The notes beneath the pieces were generated by a model. It was not told the origin of the DNA. It was given only the letters and a program-made list of their open reading frames with translations, and made no database searches. From an uncultured candidate division Zixibacteria bacterium (GTDB taxonomy: Bacteria > Zixibacteria > MSB-5A5 > GN15 > PGXB01): a stretch of 64,000 bases of DNA. Below, piece by piece: positions 1-9,519 of the stretch (positions within the stretch are counted from its first letter, which is position 1; every line of letters begins with the position of its first letter). The position numbers were made by a program, and so were the translations under genes. The stretch is taken from contig OY969724.1 in the NCBI GenBank assembly GCA_963702205.1, positions 800,001 to 864,000 on the forward strand, read 5' to 3'.

Positions 1-461
1 AAATAGAGCAGCACGAAAAGCACCATTGCCAGGTCGCGAAGCTTGCCGAGCAGGGCCGATTCGGTCGGACGGATCTTGTAAACAGTATTGAGCGTGGTCC
101 GCATGCTCGAAAACAGGCTGGTCGAAGCCAGAAAAAGCCCGACAAATCCGATCGGTCCGGCGATGCCCTTGTAGAGCGTGAATTCCTGCATGCGGGCGAA
201 AACTTTTAATTTTATATAGGCGGCGTATTCGGCGTAGGGGATCGCTTTTTCTATGAACAGGTTTATCTCCGAGGCCACCGACGGCTTTTGCAGAATATAG
301 CCGAGCACGAAAAAGACGATCAGAACCAGCGGGACGATACAAATAAACAGCGAAAAGGCCAGGCCGGAGCCCATGAGGAAGATATGGTGCTCGTCCACCC
401 GTTCGTACAGCCCGTGGATGTAGTACCAAATATGCCGGCTAAACCATTTAATGACGTTCAC
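1..461 (-). CDS. YihY/virulence factor BrkB family membrane protein (partial, runs off window start)
   Basis: Manual translation from GTG at 461: ...ERVDEHHIFLMGSGLAFSLFICIVPL...GLFLASTSLFSSMRTTLNTVYKI..., typical YihY pattern; not in the ORF track. Confidence 0.8.
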   Translation of the reverse strand, partial: MNVIKWFSRHIWYYIHGLYERVDEHHIFLMGSGLAFSLFICIVPLVLIVFFVLGYILQKPSVASEINLFIEKAIPYAEYAAYIKLKVFARMQEFTLYKGIAGPIGFVGLFLASTSLFSSMRTTLNTVYKIRPTESALLGKLRDLAMVLFVLLY

Positions 462-501
462 AGGTCTTCAGTCTCCGTCGCCCGGGGTCCCGCCCCTCCG
501 G

Positions 502-1398
502 TCAGTTTCCTTCTTTGTTGATATTGACATGCAGCGGCGGGGACTGCCCGGCCTTGTCCTGTCCCATGTACACGGTCAGGTGCGGGAAGGGGATCTCTAT
601 GTTGTGCTCGTCGAATTTCATTTTTAGTCGTCGGTTATACTCTCGTCCGATCCGCCACTGCTTGATCGGCTTGGTCTTTATACGCGCTTTTATTACGACG
701 GCCGAACTGTCGAACTTGTCCACCCCGACTATTTCCAGAGGTTCGATTATGTCGCCGCTGAAATTGTTGTCGGCGCGCATGTCCTGATCTACCTCGCCGA
801 TGAGACGGACGACCTCATCGGTGTTTTCGCGATAGGCGACGCCGATATCGAAGACGTAGTACGAAAACGTCTTGGTCATATTGGAAACCATGTCGATTTT
901 GCCGTTGCGGATGTAGTGCACGGTACCGTCGAAATCGCGCAGGACGGTCAACCGAAGGTTGACTTTTTCGACCAGGCCGCCGTTGCCGTTGATATTGACC
1001 ACGTCGCCGACCCGTATCTGGTCCTCCATCAGAATGAAGAAACCGGTGATGACATCCTGCACCAGGGTCTGGGCCCCGAAACCGACTGCCAGACCGACCA
1101 CTCCGGCCGCGGCCAGGACCGGTCCGATATTGACACCCAACTGCTGGATGATCATTATTAGGGCCGTACCGGCGACGGTTACCGTAACAGCGTGGCCAAT
1201 CGTCACCGCGAGGGTATTGGTCCGCTTGTGCATTTCCTCGTCTTTCTCCATGCCTTTGACGGCTCCGAAGATGCGATTGATGATTATCCTGGCTACGCGC
1301 AGGACGATAAACGCCAGAACCAGTATGACGAGTACTTCGAGGCCCCTCGTAATCAGCCAGTGTCTGCTTATTTCCCACCAATCAGTGATATTTTCCAT
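502..1398 (-). CDS. Small-conductance mechanosensitive channel (MscS family)
   Basis: GVVGLAVGFGAQTLVQDVITGFFILMEDQIRVGDVV and IEIPFP motifs. Confidence 0.95.
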   Translation of the reverse strand: MENITDWWEISRHWLITRGLEVLVILVLAFIVLRVARIIINRIFGAVKGMEKDEEMHKRTNTLAVTIGHAVTVTVAGTALIMIIQQLGVNIGPVLAAAGVVGLAVGFGAQTLVQDVITGFFILMEDQIRVGDVVNINGNGGLVEKVNLRLTVLRDFDGTVHYIRNGKIDMVSNMTKTFSYYVFDIGVAYRENTDEVVRLIGEVDQDMRADNNFSGDIIEPLEIVGVDKFDSSAVVIKARIKTKPIKQWRIGREYNRRLKMKFDEHNIEIPFPHLTVYMGQDKAGQSPPLHVNINKEGN

Positions 1399-1416
1399 AG
1401 ATTTTTCTCCCGTCCG

Positions 1417-2499
1417 TTAAAGCCATTGCTTTCTTCTAAAAAACCAAAGCAATCCCCCGCCGATCAATACCACCACGCCCCAGAATAATAAATAACCGAA
1501 TTTCATCCCGAGTTCCGGCATATTGAAGGGACTGATCGAGCGGTCGAAATTCATGCCGTAAACCCCGGCCAGAAATCCCAGCGGTATAAATACGGTGGCG
1601 ATGATAGTCAGGACTTTCATAACTTCGTTCATTTTGTTGCTGACGCTGGACAGATAGATATCCATCAGGCCGGAGACCATATCGCGGAAAGTTTCCACCG
1701 TGTCTATGATTTGGATGGTGTTTTCGTATAGGTCGCGGATGTATGGCGCGGTTTCTTTGTGCAGGAGTTTCGATTCCGAGCGCTCCATGGCGCTGATGAC
1801 TTCGCGCAGGGGCCAGATGGCTTTGCGCATCAGGGCCAGTTCTCTTTTTAAGTCGTGAATCATTTGAAGTTGTTCGGTGCGCGGGCGGTCGATTAGCTGT
1901 TCTTCTAGGTCCTCGATTTTCTCGCCGAGACGTTCGACGACGGCGAAATAATTGTCGACCACGGCGTCCATCAGGGAATAAGACAGATAATCGGAGTAGA
2001 TGAACCGTTTGCGCGGGACGGTCTTTTTTATTCGTTCCCGCACCGGGTTGAAGACGTCGCCCTCGATTTCCTGAAAAGATATGACATAGTTTGGGCCGGT
2101 GATCAGGCTGATTTGTTCGGAGATGACTTCCTCCCGGTCCCGGGGCCAGTATTTCATTTTCAGCATGTTCAGAAAATAGCCCTCGCCCTCCTCGAATTTA
2201 GGCCGCTGGCCGGTGTTGGCGATGTCCTCGAGAAAGAGCTCGTGGATTCCGAAATGAGCGCCGATTTTCCTGATAACTTCGACGTCGTGGATGCCGGTGA
2301 CGTTGATCCAGGTGATAGTTTTGGTGTCGCGAAACGGGAAGCAGTCTTCGACCGCTACGGCATCGAACTGCCTGAGTTCGGTTTGGTTGTAATCGATGAC
2401 ATTGATAGCGACTTTGTGGGTCCGTTCATCGCCGACATAGGTTATCTGACCGGGGGTCATGCCGGATTTTTGGGATATTCTTTTTGTCAGCCGGGCCAT
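1417..2499 (-). CDS. corA: Magnesium/cobalt transporter CorA
   Basis: GVYGMNF...MPEL signature and two C-terminal TM helices; ATG at 2499 follows a GGGGAG RBS. Confidence 0.95.
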   Translation of the reverse strand: MARLTKRISQKSGMTPGQITYVGDERTHKVAINVIDYNQTELRQFDAVAVEDCFPFRDTKTITWINVTGIHDVEVIRKIGAHFGIHELFLEDIANTGQRPKFEEGEGYFLNMLKMKYWPRDREEVISEQISLITGPNYVISFQEIEGDVFNPVRERIKKTVPRKRFIYSDYLSYSLMDAVVDNYFAVVERLGEKIEDLEEQLIDRPRTEQLQMIHDLKRELALMRKAIWPLREVISAMERSESKLLHKETAPYIRDLYENTIQIIDTVETFRDMVSGLMDIYLSSVSNKMNEVMKVLTIIATVFIPLGFLAGVYGMNFDRSISPFNMPELGMKFGYLLFWGVVVLIGGGLLWFFRRKQWL

Positions 2500-2615
2500 T
2501 TTGCTCTCCCCTGCTATTTTGCTTAATAATTTCAAGATAGAATGAGGGGAAATTTAAGTCTATTAATTTATGAGGTAGGAGAAAGAGGCTGCGGTGGTTG
2601 GTGGTGAGAGAGAAT

Positions 2616-2639
2616 CCCACAGCAAGCTGTGGGCGACCC
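2616..2639. repeat. REP-like hairpin CCCACAGCAAGCTGTGGGCGACCC
   Basis: Palindrome; near-identical copy with compensatory changes at 6055-6078 (CCCGCAGCAAGCTGCGGGCGACCC). Confidence 0.6.
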
Positions 2640-2650
2640 TGCCAAGCCGC

Positions 2651-3139
2651 TTAACCCCATCTATCCAAATATATAAAAAGTGTATGATATCGGATTATAG
2701 GTTTACCATTCTTTAAAACAATAAAAAGCAGTTTTTTGCTATTTGTATAATCGAAAATATCATCAATATTGATTTTGATTTCCTTTTCAATATTAACCTT
2801 ATCCATTTTTACGCGGGCAACAAATTTACCATCAAAGTTGTAAAATAAAATCTGCACGTCATCAGTGGGTTTCATTAATATCGTAATATGACCCGGATCA
2901 TTATATCTACTGCCAAATTGATAATCACTAAATCCACCGAATAATTTTTCACCGTCGTTTGATAGGTTCGTATCTGACAATGCATAAGTGTAATCTTTTT
3001 CCAACGGGATGTCGGTTACTATGTATCCTTTTGGTTGAGGTTTTCCATTGATGCTATCGCTATTGTGTGAGCCAAATACACCACAGCCCAATAACAAAAT
3101 AGAAACCGCAAGCATTAAAATTGGTGTACGTAGCATCAT
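2651..3139 (-). CDS. Hypothetical lipoprotein (AT-rich ORFan)
   Basis: Signal peptide ending in lipobox LLGC; lower GC than neighbours. Confidence 0.65.
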   Translation of the reverse strand: MMLRTPILMLAVSILLLGCGVFGSHNSDSINGKPQPKGYIVTDIPLEKDYTYALSDTNLSNDGEKLFGGFSDYQFGSRYNDPGHITILMKPTDDVQILFYNFDGKFVARVKMDKVNIEKEIKINIDDIFDYTNSKKLLFIVLKNGKPIIRYHTLFIYLDRWG

Positions 3140-3172
3140 GTTTTAAAATCCATTGGGCATCAAACGGACCCT

Positions 3173-4248
3173 TTATTCCTTATTTCTCTCATATTCTTTT
3201 TTTGCGATTAAATCCTCAAGCCATTTTATGTGCTGCTCGGTGCGGCGGACGTGGGTTTCGTGGCGGGATACAGCCTCGGAATCGGACAGCCCGTGTGCAT
3301 CGGCCTTGAGCTGTTCGAGCTCTTCTTTGGGCGGTCGTAGCGGTCGCGGAGCTTCTCCAGCGATTCGGCCTCCTCGGCTTTCTTGAAAACCACTTCCTCG
3401 GGGGAGGTCCGTCCGGGCTCGTCGAGGCTGTGACTCTCGTAGTACTGCCCCGGTATGACCGGCGGCTGTTCCGAGACGTTGCGCGTGTTCATGAAAGTCG
3501 GTGAGACAATTTCGACGTCGGCACCGTGCAATTTATCCAGCATGTTCTGTCTAAGATTCGAGCGGGTGGTTAATATATGCCCGACGTCTTTGAGCAGTCC
3601 GGAGATACGATAGGAGACTGAAAAATCTCCGAGGTCCATGATATAGACGAACGGATTTTGCAGACCGGTCGATGAAGCGGCTTCGATCAAAAGGCTTTCG
3701 ACCTGTTCGCGGGGCACGTCGTAGCCGAGCGATATGTCGGCCGAGACAATTGTTTCGACGGAGCGGACGACTTTGACCGGATTGGTGACTAAGTACAAGT
3801 TCGGCAGGGTCATCAGGTCGCTGTCTTCGGTCTGGATTTCGATGTGGAACAGCCCGCGCTCGGTGACTCGTCCGAAGTACTCCCCGACCCGAATGAAATC
3901 GCCGGGACGGAAAGATTTCACTATGCGCAGCATGAGCCCGGCCATGGCGTTGCCGACAAAGGTTGTCGATGACAAAGCGATCGCCGCCGAAAGCAGAATC
4001 CCGACTAAGCTCAAAAGCTGGCCCTGTGAGGATTCGCTGATGGGTGAGACGATGATTATGACCAGCAGCCCGATGAAGGTCAGAATCATAGTGATCAGTT
4101 GCCGCCGGACGGGATGGCTGCTGGCCCCGGAAAAGCGTCGGTCGTGGATGAAGCGGAAGATGAAAATTATCAGGGCGAAGCAAATAATTGCCGCCGCCAT
4201 TGGAAGGCCGTCTTTGACGGCTATATAAAACGATTTAAGGATTTCCAT
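3173..4248 (-). CDS. MscS family mechanosensitive channel; 1-bp frameshift near 3330
   Basis: FRPGDFIRVGEYFGRV MscS core; after ~3330 another frame gives the coiled-coil KEELEQLKADAHG...KEYERNKE, stop at 3173-3175. Confidence 0.85.
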
Positions 4249-4388
4249 ACCAAGTCCCCGCACTGTTTTTGGATTAACCGATATTAAGATAGAATGAGGG
4301 GATTTTGATGTCTATTAATTTATGGGGGAGTGGATTGAGCCGTTTCAGGAGCCCAGAGATAGAATGTCGGGGCAGTCAGTGAGACTTA

Positions 4389-5081
4389 TCAATAAGACTT
4401 TATTTTGACGTTTTCTATGGTTTCAAAAGCCCCATTATATAATCCCTTACATATTGCCACAAATACAAATTGAGCCTCCTCATTTGGCGTAAATTCTCCA
4501 TCAAATCCCAATCTATCGCATAATACAAGCATTAGCAGACTAGATGTGATCCCTTTGCTAAAAGCACTTTCGGTATACATCCGATTTATGGCTCGAGCAA
4601 TGCATTCTCCATCATGGCCTTTATCAAAGTAAGAATCGAATAACTCGACTTTTTTAGTATTAATCTGATCAATGTATGCCCTGTCTTTTGCATTTTCTCT
4701 TTTTCTGCCGACGACTATTGATTTTGGAGAAGCCCTATTGTACAACTCCATATTATCCCAAATGTCTTGTCGCTCCTTTTGAATTAAATACTTCTTCGTG
4801 AATTCATTTTGCGCAACAGAAAGTTTATCTCCAAATCTATGCAGCCATGCAATTGAAAAAATCTCAAATCGCAATATTACAAATTCATCTTCAAATTTAT
4901 CCAAAATGACTTTTTTAAATTGAATATCTGCTTTGGTGAGTTCCCTTAATACCTTGTCACAATATAAATTTTGAGGATCAATTTCTCCTATTGATGGATA
5001 ATATATATATTTGTCATAGAAATTTTCGCAAAATTCACTTAAGTTTACTCCTTGTTTCCAATCAAAAAATCCCATTATCAT
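4389..5081 (-). CDS. Hypothetical protein (AT-rich)
   Basis: 230-aa ORF with AAGGAAG RBS; no motif recognised. Confidence 0.65.
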   Translation of the reverse strand: MIMGFFDWKQGVNLSEFCENFYDKYIYYPSIGEIDPQNLYCDKVLRELTKADIQFKKVILDKFEDEFVILRFEIFSIAWLHRFGDKLSVAQNEFTKKYLIQKERQDIWDNMELYNRASPKSIVVGRKRENAKDRAYIDQINTKKVELFDSYFDKGHDGECIARAINRMYTESAFSKGITSSLLMLVLCDRLGFDGEFTPNEEAQFVFVAICKGLYNGAFETIENVKIKSY

Positions 5082-5163
5082 TACTTCCTTTTTTTATAAG
5101 TCAGGAGCGCTCGACTCCTAACTTACGAGATATGGTTTAAGAGCAAACCGATCGATAAGTAGG

Positions 5164-5778
5164 TCATAATTGCGTAACATCAATTGATAGGTCCTTTATT
5201 GGCTTATGTTTGAGCAACTGGCCCTTTACTACTCTGTTAAGCCATTTTAATATGTCGTCAGGGAAATCTAAATCTGAAGTAATCTGATGTAGCAAGAAAT
5301 CCTCATGCATTCGGTTTATTGCGAAATCAATAGTGCATTCCAAATTCTCGGGTAACAAGTACTTTATAAGTTCATCAGGATTATTATTTGCATATGCTTT
5401 AATAGAATTCCATATTTCCTCCTGCCACACTTTTTGACCATCTTGACAGTCCGCCTTAAAATCTTTTATGGCCTTTTCTGTTTCTTCCTTTTGAGCCCCA
5501 CTTTTAATCAATGATTGCTCCATATTGAGGCAAAGGCTTTCGAGTGATAAAACAAAAATGACCCCCGTTAATTCGGGTTTGCCTATAGATGCTTTCCAGT
5601 GTTTCAGCGTGAAGCAAAAACACGAAAAATAATACGATTGCATTAATAAGAATAAATTGTCGGCAACAGTCCCCTCTAAATTTCTGTCATAAAAATACTG
5701 CAGAAACCGGAGGAATAGATCATGTGCAAACAGAAAATGCTTTTTTGCTTCTTTTCTGCCTTTAAAATAATAAAGCAT
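5164..5778 (-). CDS. Hypothetical protein (AT-rich)
   Basis: 204-aa ORF; no motif recognised. Confidence 0.55.
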   Translation of the reverse strand: MLYYFKGRKEAKKHFLFAHDLFLRFLQYFYDRNLEGTVADNLFLLMQSYYFSCFCFTLKHWKASIGKPELTGVIFVLSLESLCLNMEQSLIKSGAQKEETEKAIKDFKADCQDGQKVWQEEIWNSIKAYANNNPDELIKYLLPENLECTIDFAINRMHEDFLLHQITSDLDFPDDILKWLNRVVKGQLLKHKPIKDLSIDVTQL

Positions 5779-6054
5779 TTTTCATTAATCTGTGTCTTGC
5801 CGGGGTGATCCGACATTCTACACAAGGTTCCTTGAACACAATTTTATCTTTTAAACTAGTAACATTTAATCTGATTACCACTCAATCCCGCGAACCCCCG
5901 TGCTTTTCAAGTTTGATATTTCAATATAGGCATATCGACAGTCCTATGGCAACCCCAAAGTGCATACTATACTGAAAACTGTCTGAATTGATGTGGATTT
6001 CGGCGTCGGAAATACAGAGTTGGTAGTGAATTTGTCGGTAAAATAACAAGCGTT

Positions 6055-6192
6055 CCCGCAGCAAGCTGCGGGCGACCCGGTTTTCACGCTTCGCGTGAAT
6101 GTCAGGAGCGCCCTTCGCGAGGCTCAGGACCTTCGGCACGGCTCCTGATCTACAAGATTTAAATAAGACTCACCGCGAGCGGCGGGGCACCC
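6055..6192. repeat. Cluster of REP-like hairpins
   Basis: CCCGCAGCAAGCTGCGGG, TCAGGAGC...GCTCCTGATCTAC and CACCGCGAGCGGCGGGGCACCC hairpins; a related GTCAGGAG..CTCCTAAC at 5100-5122. Confidence 0.55.
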
Positions 6193-6214
6193 CGGTTGCG
6201 GGACTTTTGCGCTA

Positions 6215-7036
6215 TTACATCCGTTCGACGACGGCGCCGATGAGGGTGCGAAGTTTCGGTTCGGTCTTATTGGCGGTCGCAATGATCTCGTCCAGCGAGC
6301 ACGGTCCCAAACTGTCCGGCAGGCCCATATCGGTAATGATCGAAAAAGCCAGGACCTTAGTGCCCTGATGCCGCGCGACGATCACTTCCGGTACGGTCGA
6401 CATGCCGACCACGTCGGCTCCGATAGTACGTAAAAAGCGGTACTCGGCGGCGGTTTCGAGGTTGGGTCCGGGCACAGACACATAGACGCCCTTACGTACA
6501 GAAATTTTCAAATCGAGCGCGGTTTGTTCGGCCAATGCGGCCAGGTCCTTGTCGTAGCAGTTGTACATATCGGGAAAGCGGACGCCGAGGCTGTCGTCGT
6601 TGTGGCCGATCAGCGGATTGGCTCCCTGCATATTGATGTGGTCGGTGATGATCATGATGTCGCCGCGATTGAACTGCGGGTTCAGGCCGCCGCAGGCGTT
6701 GGAGACGATCAGTGTCTCGATGCCGAGGTCTTTCATGACGCGCACGGGGAAGGTCACCTGTTTCATCGTATAGCCTTCGTAGTAGTGAAATCTCCCCTGC
6801 ATGGCGACGATCGGTTTGGAGCCGAGCTTCCCGAACAAAAGCCGTCCCTTGTGGGATTCGACGGTCGAGACCGGGAAATGCGGGATTTGATCGTAATCGA
6901 CGGTGGCCGACAGCTCGATGCCGTCGCCCAAAGAACCAAGGCCGGTACCGAGGATGATACCGACCTTGGGAACTATATCTATTTTGGAACGAATAAAATC
7001 AGAACTTTCAGATATCTTCTCGCTGAGACTGTCCAT
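6215..7036 (-). CDS. punA: Purine nucleoside phosphorylase (PunA/XapA type)
   Basis: GIILGTGLG, MQGRFHYYEG, GPNLET, VGMSTVPE motifs; likely start MDSLSEK at 7036. Confidence 0.93.
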   Translation of the reverse strand: MDSLSEKISESSDFIRSKIDIVPKVGIILGTGLGSLGDGIELSATVDYDQIPHFPVSTVESHKGRLLFGKLGSKPIVAMQGRFHYYEGYTMKQVTFPVRVMKDLGIETLIVSNACGGLNPQFNRGDIMIITDHINMQGANPLIGHNDDSLGVRFPDMYNCYDKDLAALAEQTALDLKISVRKGVYVSVPGPNLETAAEYRFLRTIGADVVGMSTVPEVIVARHQGTKVLAFSIITDMGLPDSLGPCSLDEIIATANKTEPKLRTLIGAVVERM

Positions 7037-7799
7037 TTGCAACTTCCTCTGTTTGCTTTTCGACTTCTTCCTGGAAGCCTTCGACCAGTCGGTCGATTTC
7101 GTTATCGTCAATTTCCAATGTGGGCCGTTCCGGCGGCTGAGGTGTCTCTTTCGGTGTTTCCGGCCGGCCGGACTGGTTCTTTTCTTCCATCACGCCGGGC
7201 TGAGCTTCATCGACCTCGGCATCGGGAGCCGGTTCTTCGTTGAAGTTTTCTTCGGCGGCGTCGGGCTGAACTTCTTCGGAATGATATTCATTCGTGTCCG
7301 GCTGTTCGTGTTTCGGTTCTTCGACAACCGGCATTTGATGATGTTCTTCGCGGGACGGAGAAATCGAATTGACCAGTTTGAGATGGGCTTCGATTTCACC
7401 GCGCAGTTTGTTATAGAAACTGTTGCGGGTAAATTCGAGCTCTTCGACTTTGGCCTGGACTTCGGAGACCTTGCGGTGTCTTTCTTCTATGACCGCGTCG
7501 CGCTTTTGTTTGGCCTCGCTGAGCATCAACTCGGCCTCTTTCTTGGCGTGGGCGATAATCTGGTCGGCGTGTTTCTGAGCTTCGAGAACGGCATGTTTGA
7601 CCGTATCTTCCATGTCCTTGAGTTCCTGGTTCTGCTTTTTCAGGCGGTCATAATCTTCGACTTTTCGGGCCATTTCGGTCCGGGCCTGTTCCAGAGCCGC
7701 GGCGACCGTTTCGAGGAAAGTATCGACCTGTTCCTTTTCATATCCCCGAAAGCCTGACTCGAAAGACGTATTCCTGATATCATTGGGCGTTAATTCCAT
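7008..7799 (-). CDS. divIVA: DivIVA domain protein
   Basis: MELTPNDIR...FRGYEKEQVDTFL N-terminus, coiled coil, acidic tail; next to yggS. Confidence 0.9.
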   Translation of the reverse strand: MELTPNDIRNTSFESGFRGYEKEQVDTFLETVAAALEQARTEMARKVEDYDRLKKQNQELKDMEDTVKHAVLEAQKHADQIIAHAKKEAELMLSEAKQKRDAVIEERHRKVSEVQAKVEELEFTRNSFYNKLRGEIEAHLKLVNSISPSREEHHQMPVVEEPKHEQPDTNEYHSEEVQPDAAEENFNEEPAPDAEVDEAQPGVMEEKNQSGRPETPKETPQPPERPTLEIDDNEIDRLVEGFQEEVEKQTEEVANGQSQREDI

Positions 7800-7859
7800 A
7801 ACATCCCTCATATTTTGGATTGAGAATTTTCAGCTATCTGTCCATATATAGTATCGGCC

Positions 7860-8558
7860 TCAAAGGCCGGATTTTAAAGGTCTTGGGCCAAAAATAGCCG
7901 TCCCGATCCTTACCTGCGTCGAGCCTTCTTCTATAGCCGGCTCGAAATCGCCCGACATTCCCATCGACAGCGTATCGAAACGTTCGTCAAAAAGGCGGCG
8001 GCTTTCAACAAAAATCTCGCGGGTCAGCCGGAAAGCCTCGCGAATTCGGTCTTCTTCTATAATATACGGGCCGATGGTCATGATTCCCCGCCAGATAATG
8101 TTTTCAAGCCCGGCCAGTTCCGCCAGGGTTTTTTGGGCGTTTTCCGGCGGAAAGCCGTATTTGGATTCTTCGCCGGAGCTGTTGATTTCGGCCAGGCATT
8201 CGATTTGGCGTCCCACCTTGGCCGCTTCGGAGTCGATTTTACGGGCCAGGTGAATCGAATCGACGGCGTCGATGGTGTCGAACAACTCGATCGCGCGCGC
8301 AGCCTTATTAGTTTGAAGATGCCCGATCAGGTGCCAGCGGGCGATATGACCGAGGTCGGAGATTTTTTGGTCGGCCTCCTGCACGCGGCTTTCTCCGAGG
8401 TCAGTGATGCCTGCGGCGACGGCGGCTTTGATTGAAGCCTCGTCGTGGGTTTTGGAAACTGCGACAAGCGTCACGGCCTCCAGTTGTCTTCCCGAGCGGT
8501 GCGCCGCCTCGGCGATCCGGTTTTTTATTTCCACGATATTTTGTTTAATGCCGTCCAT
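7860..8558 (-). CDS. yggS: YggS family PLP homeostasis protein
   Basis: LVAVSK, WHLIGHLQTNK, LSMGMSGDF, VRIGTAIFG motifs. Confidence 0.96.
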   Translation of the reverse strand: MDGIKQNIVEIKNRIAEAAHRSGRQLEAVTLVAVSKTHDEASIKAAVAAGITDLGESRVQEADQKISDLGHIARWHLIGHLQTNKAARAIELFDTIDAVDSIHLARKIDSEAAKVGRQIECLAEINSSGEESKYGFPPENAQKTLAELAGLENIIWRGIMTIGPYIIEEDRIREAFRLTREIFVESRRLFDERFDTLSMGMSGDFEPAIEEGSTQVRIGTAIFGPRPLKSGL

Positions 8559-8636
8559 TTTTATTCCGTTGTGCCCGATCTTTATATAACGGTCCCCCGT
8601 GGTCGTTCAGTGCATGCTGAAAATATCTCAATCATA

Positions 8637-8664
8637 TTGACATTTTGTCATAATAAGCTAATAT
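8637..8664 (+). promoter_or_regulatory. Sigma70-like promoter with overlapping palindrome TGACA-N3-TGTCA
   Basis: TTGACA 8637-8642, TAATAT 8659-8664; palindrome 8638-8650. Confidence 0.45.
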
Positions 8665-8692
8665 AAAAAACCTGAATAAAATGCAAGGAACA

Positions 8693-8914
8693 ATGGGAGA
8701 TAAAGCGATGCTGGGCAAGACAACCGACCCTCAGGAGGCGCTCCGGCTGGCGATTTCGCGCGAACAGGCTGCTTATGAATTTTATAAACATCATGCGGAT
8801 ATATTCCAGGATAAAGCGACCCGGGAGATGTTCGACCGTCTGGCCGAGGAAGAGACCGGGCACCGCGAACGCCTTCAGGGCGAGCTCGATAAGTACGTCC
8901 ATTATGAAATGTAG
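8693..8914 (+). CDS. Small ferritin-like/rubrerythrin family protein (single helix pair)
   Basis: AISREQAAYEFY...LAEEETGH diiron-type motif. Confidence 0.8.
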   Translation: MGDKAMLGKTTDPQEALRLAISREQAAYEFYKHHADIFQDKATREMFDRLAEEETGHRERLQGELDKYVHYEM

Positions 8915-8947
8915 TCCGTCGATATTCCAAGTGTGAGGAGTGTTTTT

Positions 8948-9436
8948 ATGTCACCGGTTCATCCCGATATACTGGCGGCCCTTACCGCAGGCATACAGGC
9001 CGAGGTTGCCGCGTACGTGTTTTATAAAGAAGCCGCGAAACAGTTCAACAAGAAGGACATGAAAGAAATTCTGGAACGGCTGGCTTTTGAAGAAAAAAGC
9101 CATTTTCATTATCTGGAGCGGCAGTTCGATTCGCTGGTCCGTTCCGAGAAATGGATCAGCACGGCCGACATCATGAAACAGGAAGGACTGCCGGATATCG
9201 GCGAAGATATGGCGGACCGCCATCGGGAAACGATCGATCAGGTAAGAAAAGTCAAAGGCAAACGTCAGATTCTCGAGATCGCGCTGGAGTTCGAAAAGGA
9301 AGCGTGCGACCTGTATACGGCGGCGTCGATGCAGTCCGAGACAAAAGAAGCCAAGCGGACTTTCGACGCTCTGACCAAATTCGAGGAATCGCACGTGCGG
9401 ATTGTCGGAGACATGATCGACCGGCTCGACGATTGA
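8948..9436 (+). CDS. Ferritin/rubrerythrin family protein
   Basis: Two E-x6-Y...EExxH repeats (EEKSH, EESH); GAGGAG RBS. Confidence 0.88.
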   Translation: MSPVHPDILAALTAGIQAEVAAYVFYKEAAKQFNKKDMKEILERLAFEEKSHFHYLERQFDSLVRSEKWISTADIMKQEGLPDIGEDMADRHRETIDQVRKVKGKRQILEIALEFEKEACDLYTAASMQSETKEAKRTFDALTKFEESHVRIVGDMIDRLDD

Positions 9437-9458
9437 GCGGTGACCAGACGGTTTCCAG

Positions 9459-9488
9459 GCCCCGCAATTATGGGGCTTTTTTTATTTT
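9459..9488 (+). terminator. Intrinsic terminator
   Basis: GCCCCGCAATTATGGGGC followed by a T-run. Confidence 0.75.
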
Positions 9489-9519
9489 GTGGGGACTTTT
9501 AAAATTTTAAATTAAGCCT

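Noticed and set aside
2600..3170. Integron cassette around the lipoprotein ORFan
   Set aside because: A GTTAAGC lies at the stop codon, but there is no matching inverse core or attC hairpin
5921..6368. Short ORFs 5921-6139 and 6099-6368
   Set aside because: They run across REP-like hairpins or antisense to punA, with no RBS or protein-like features
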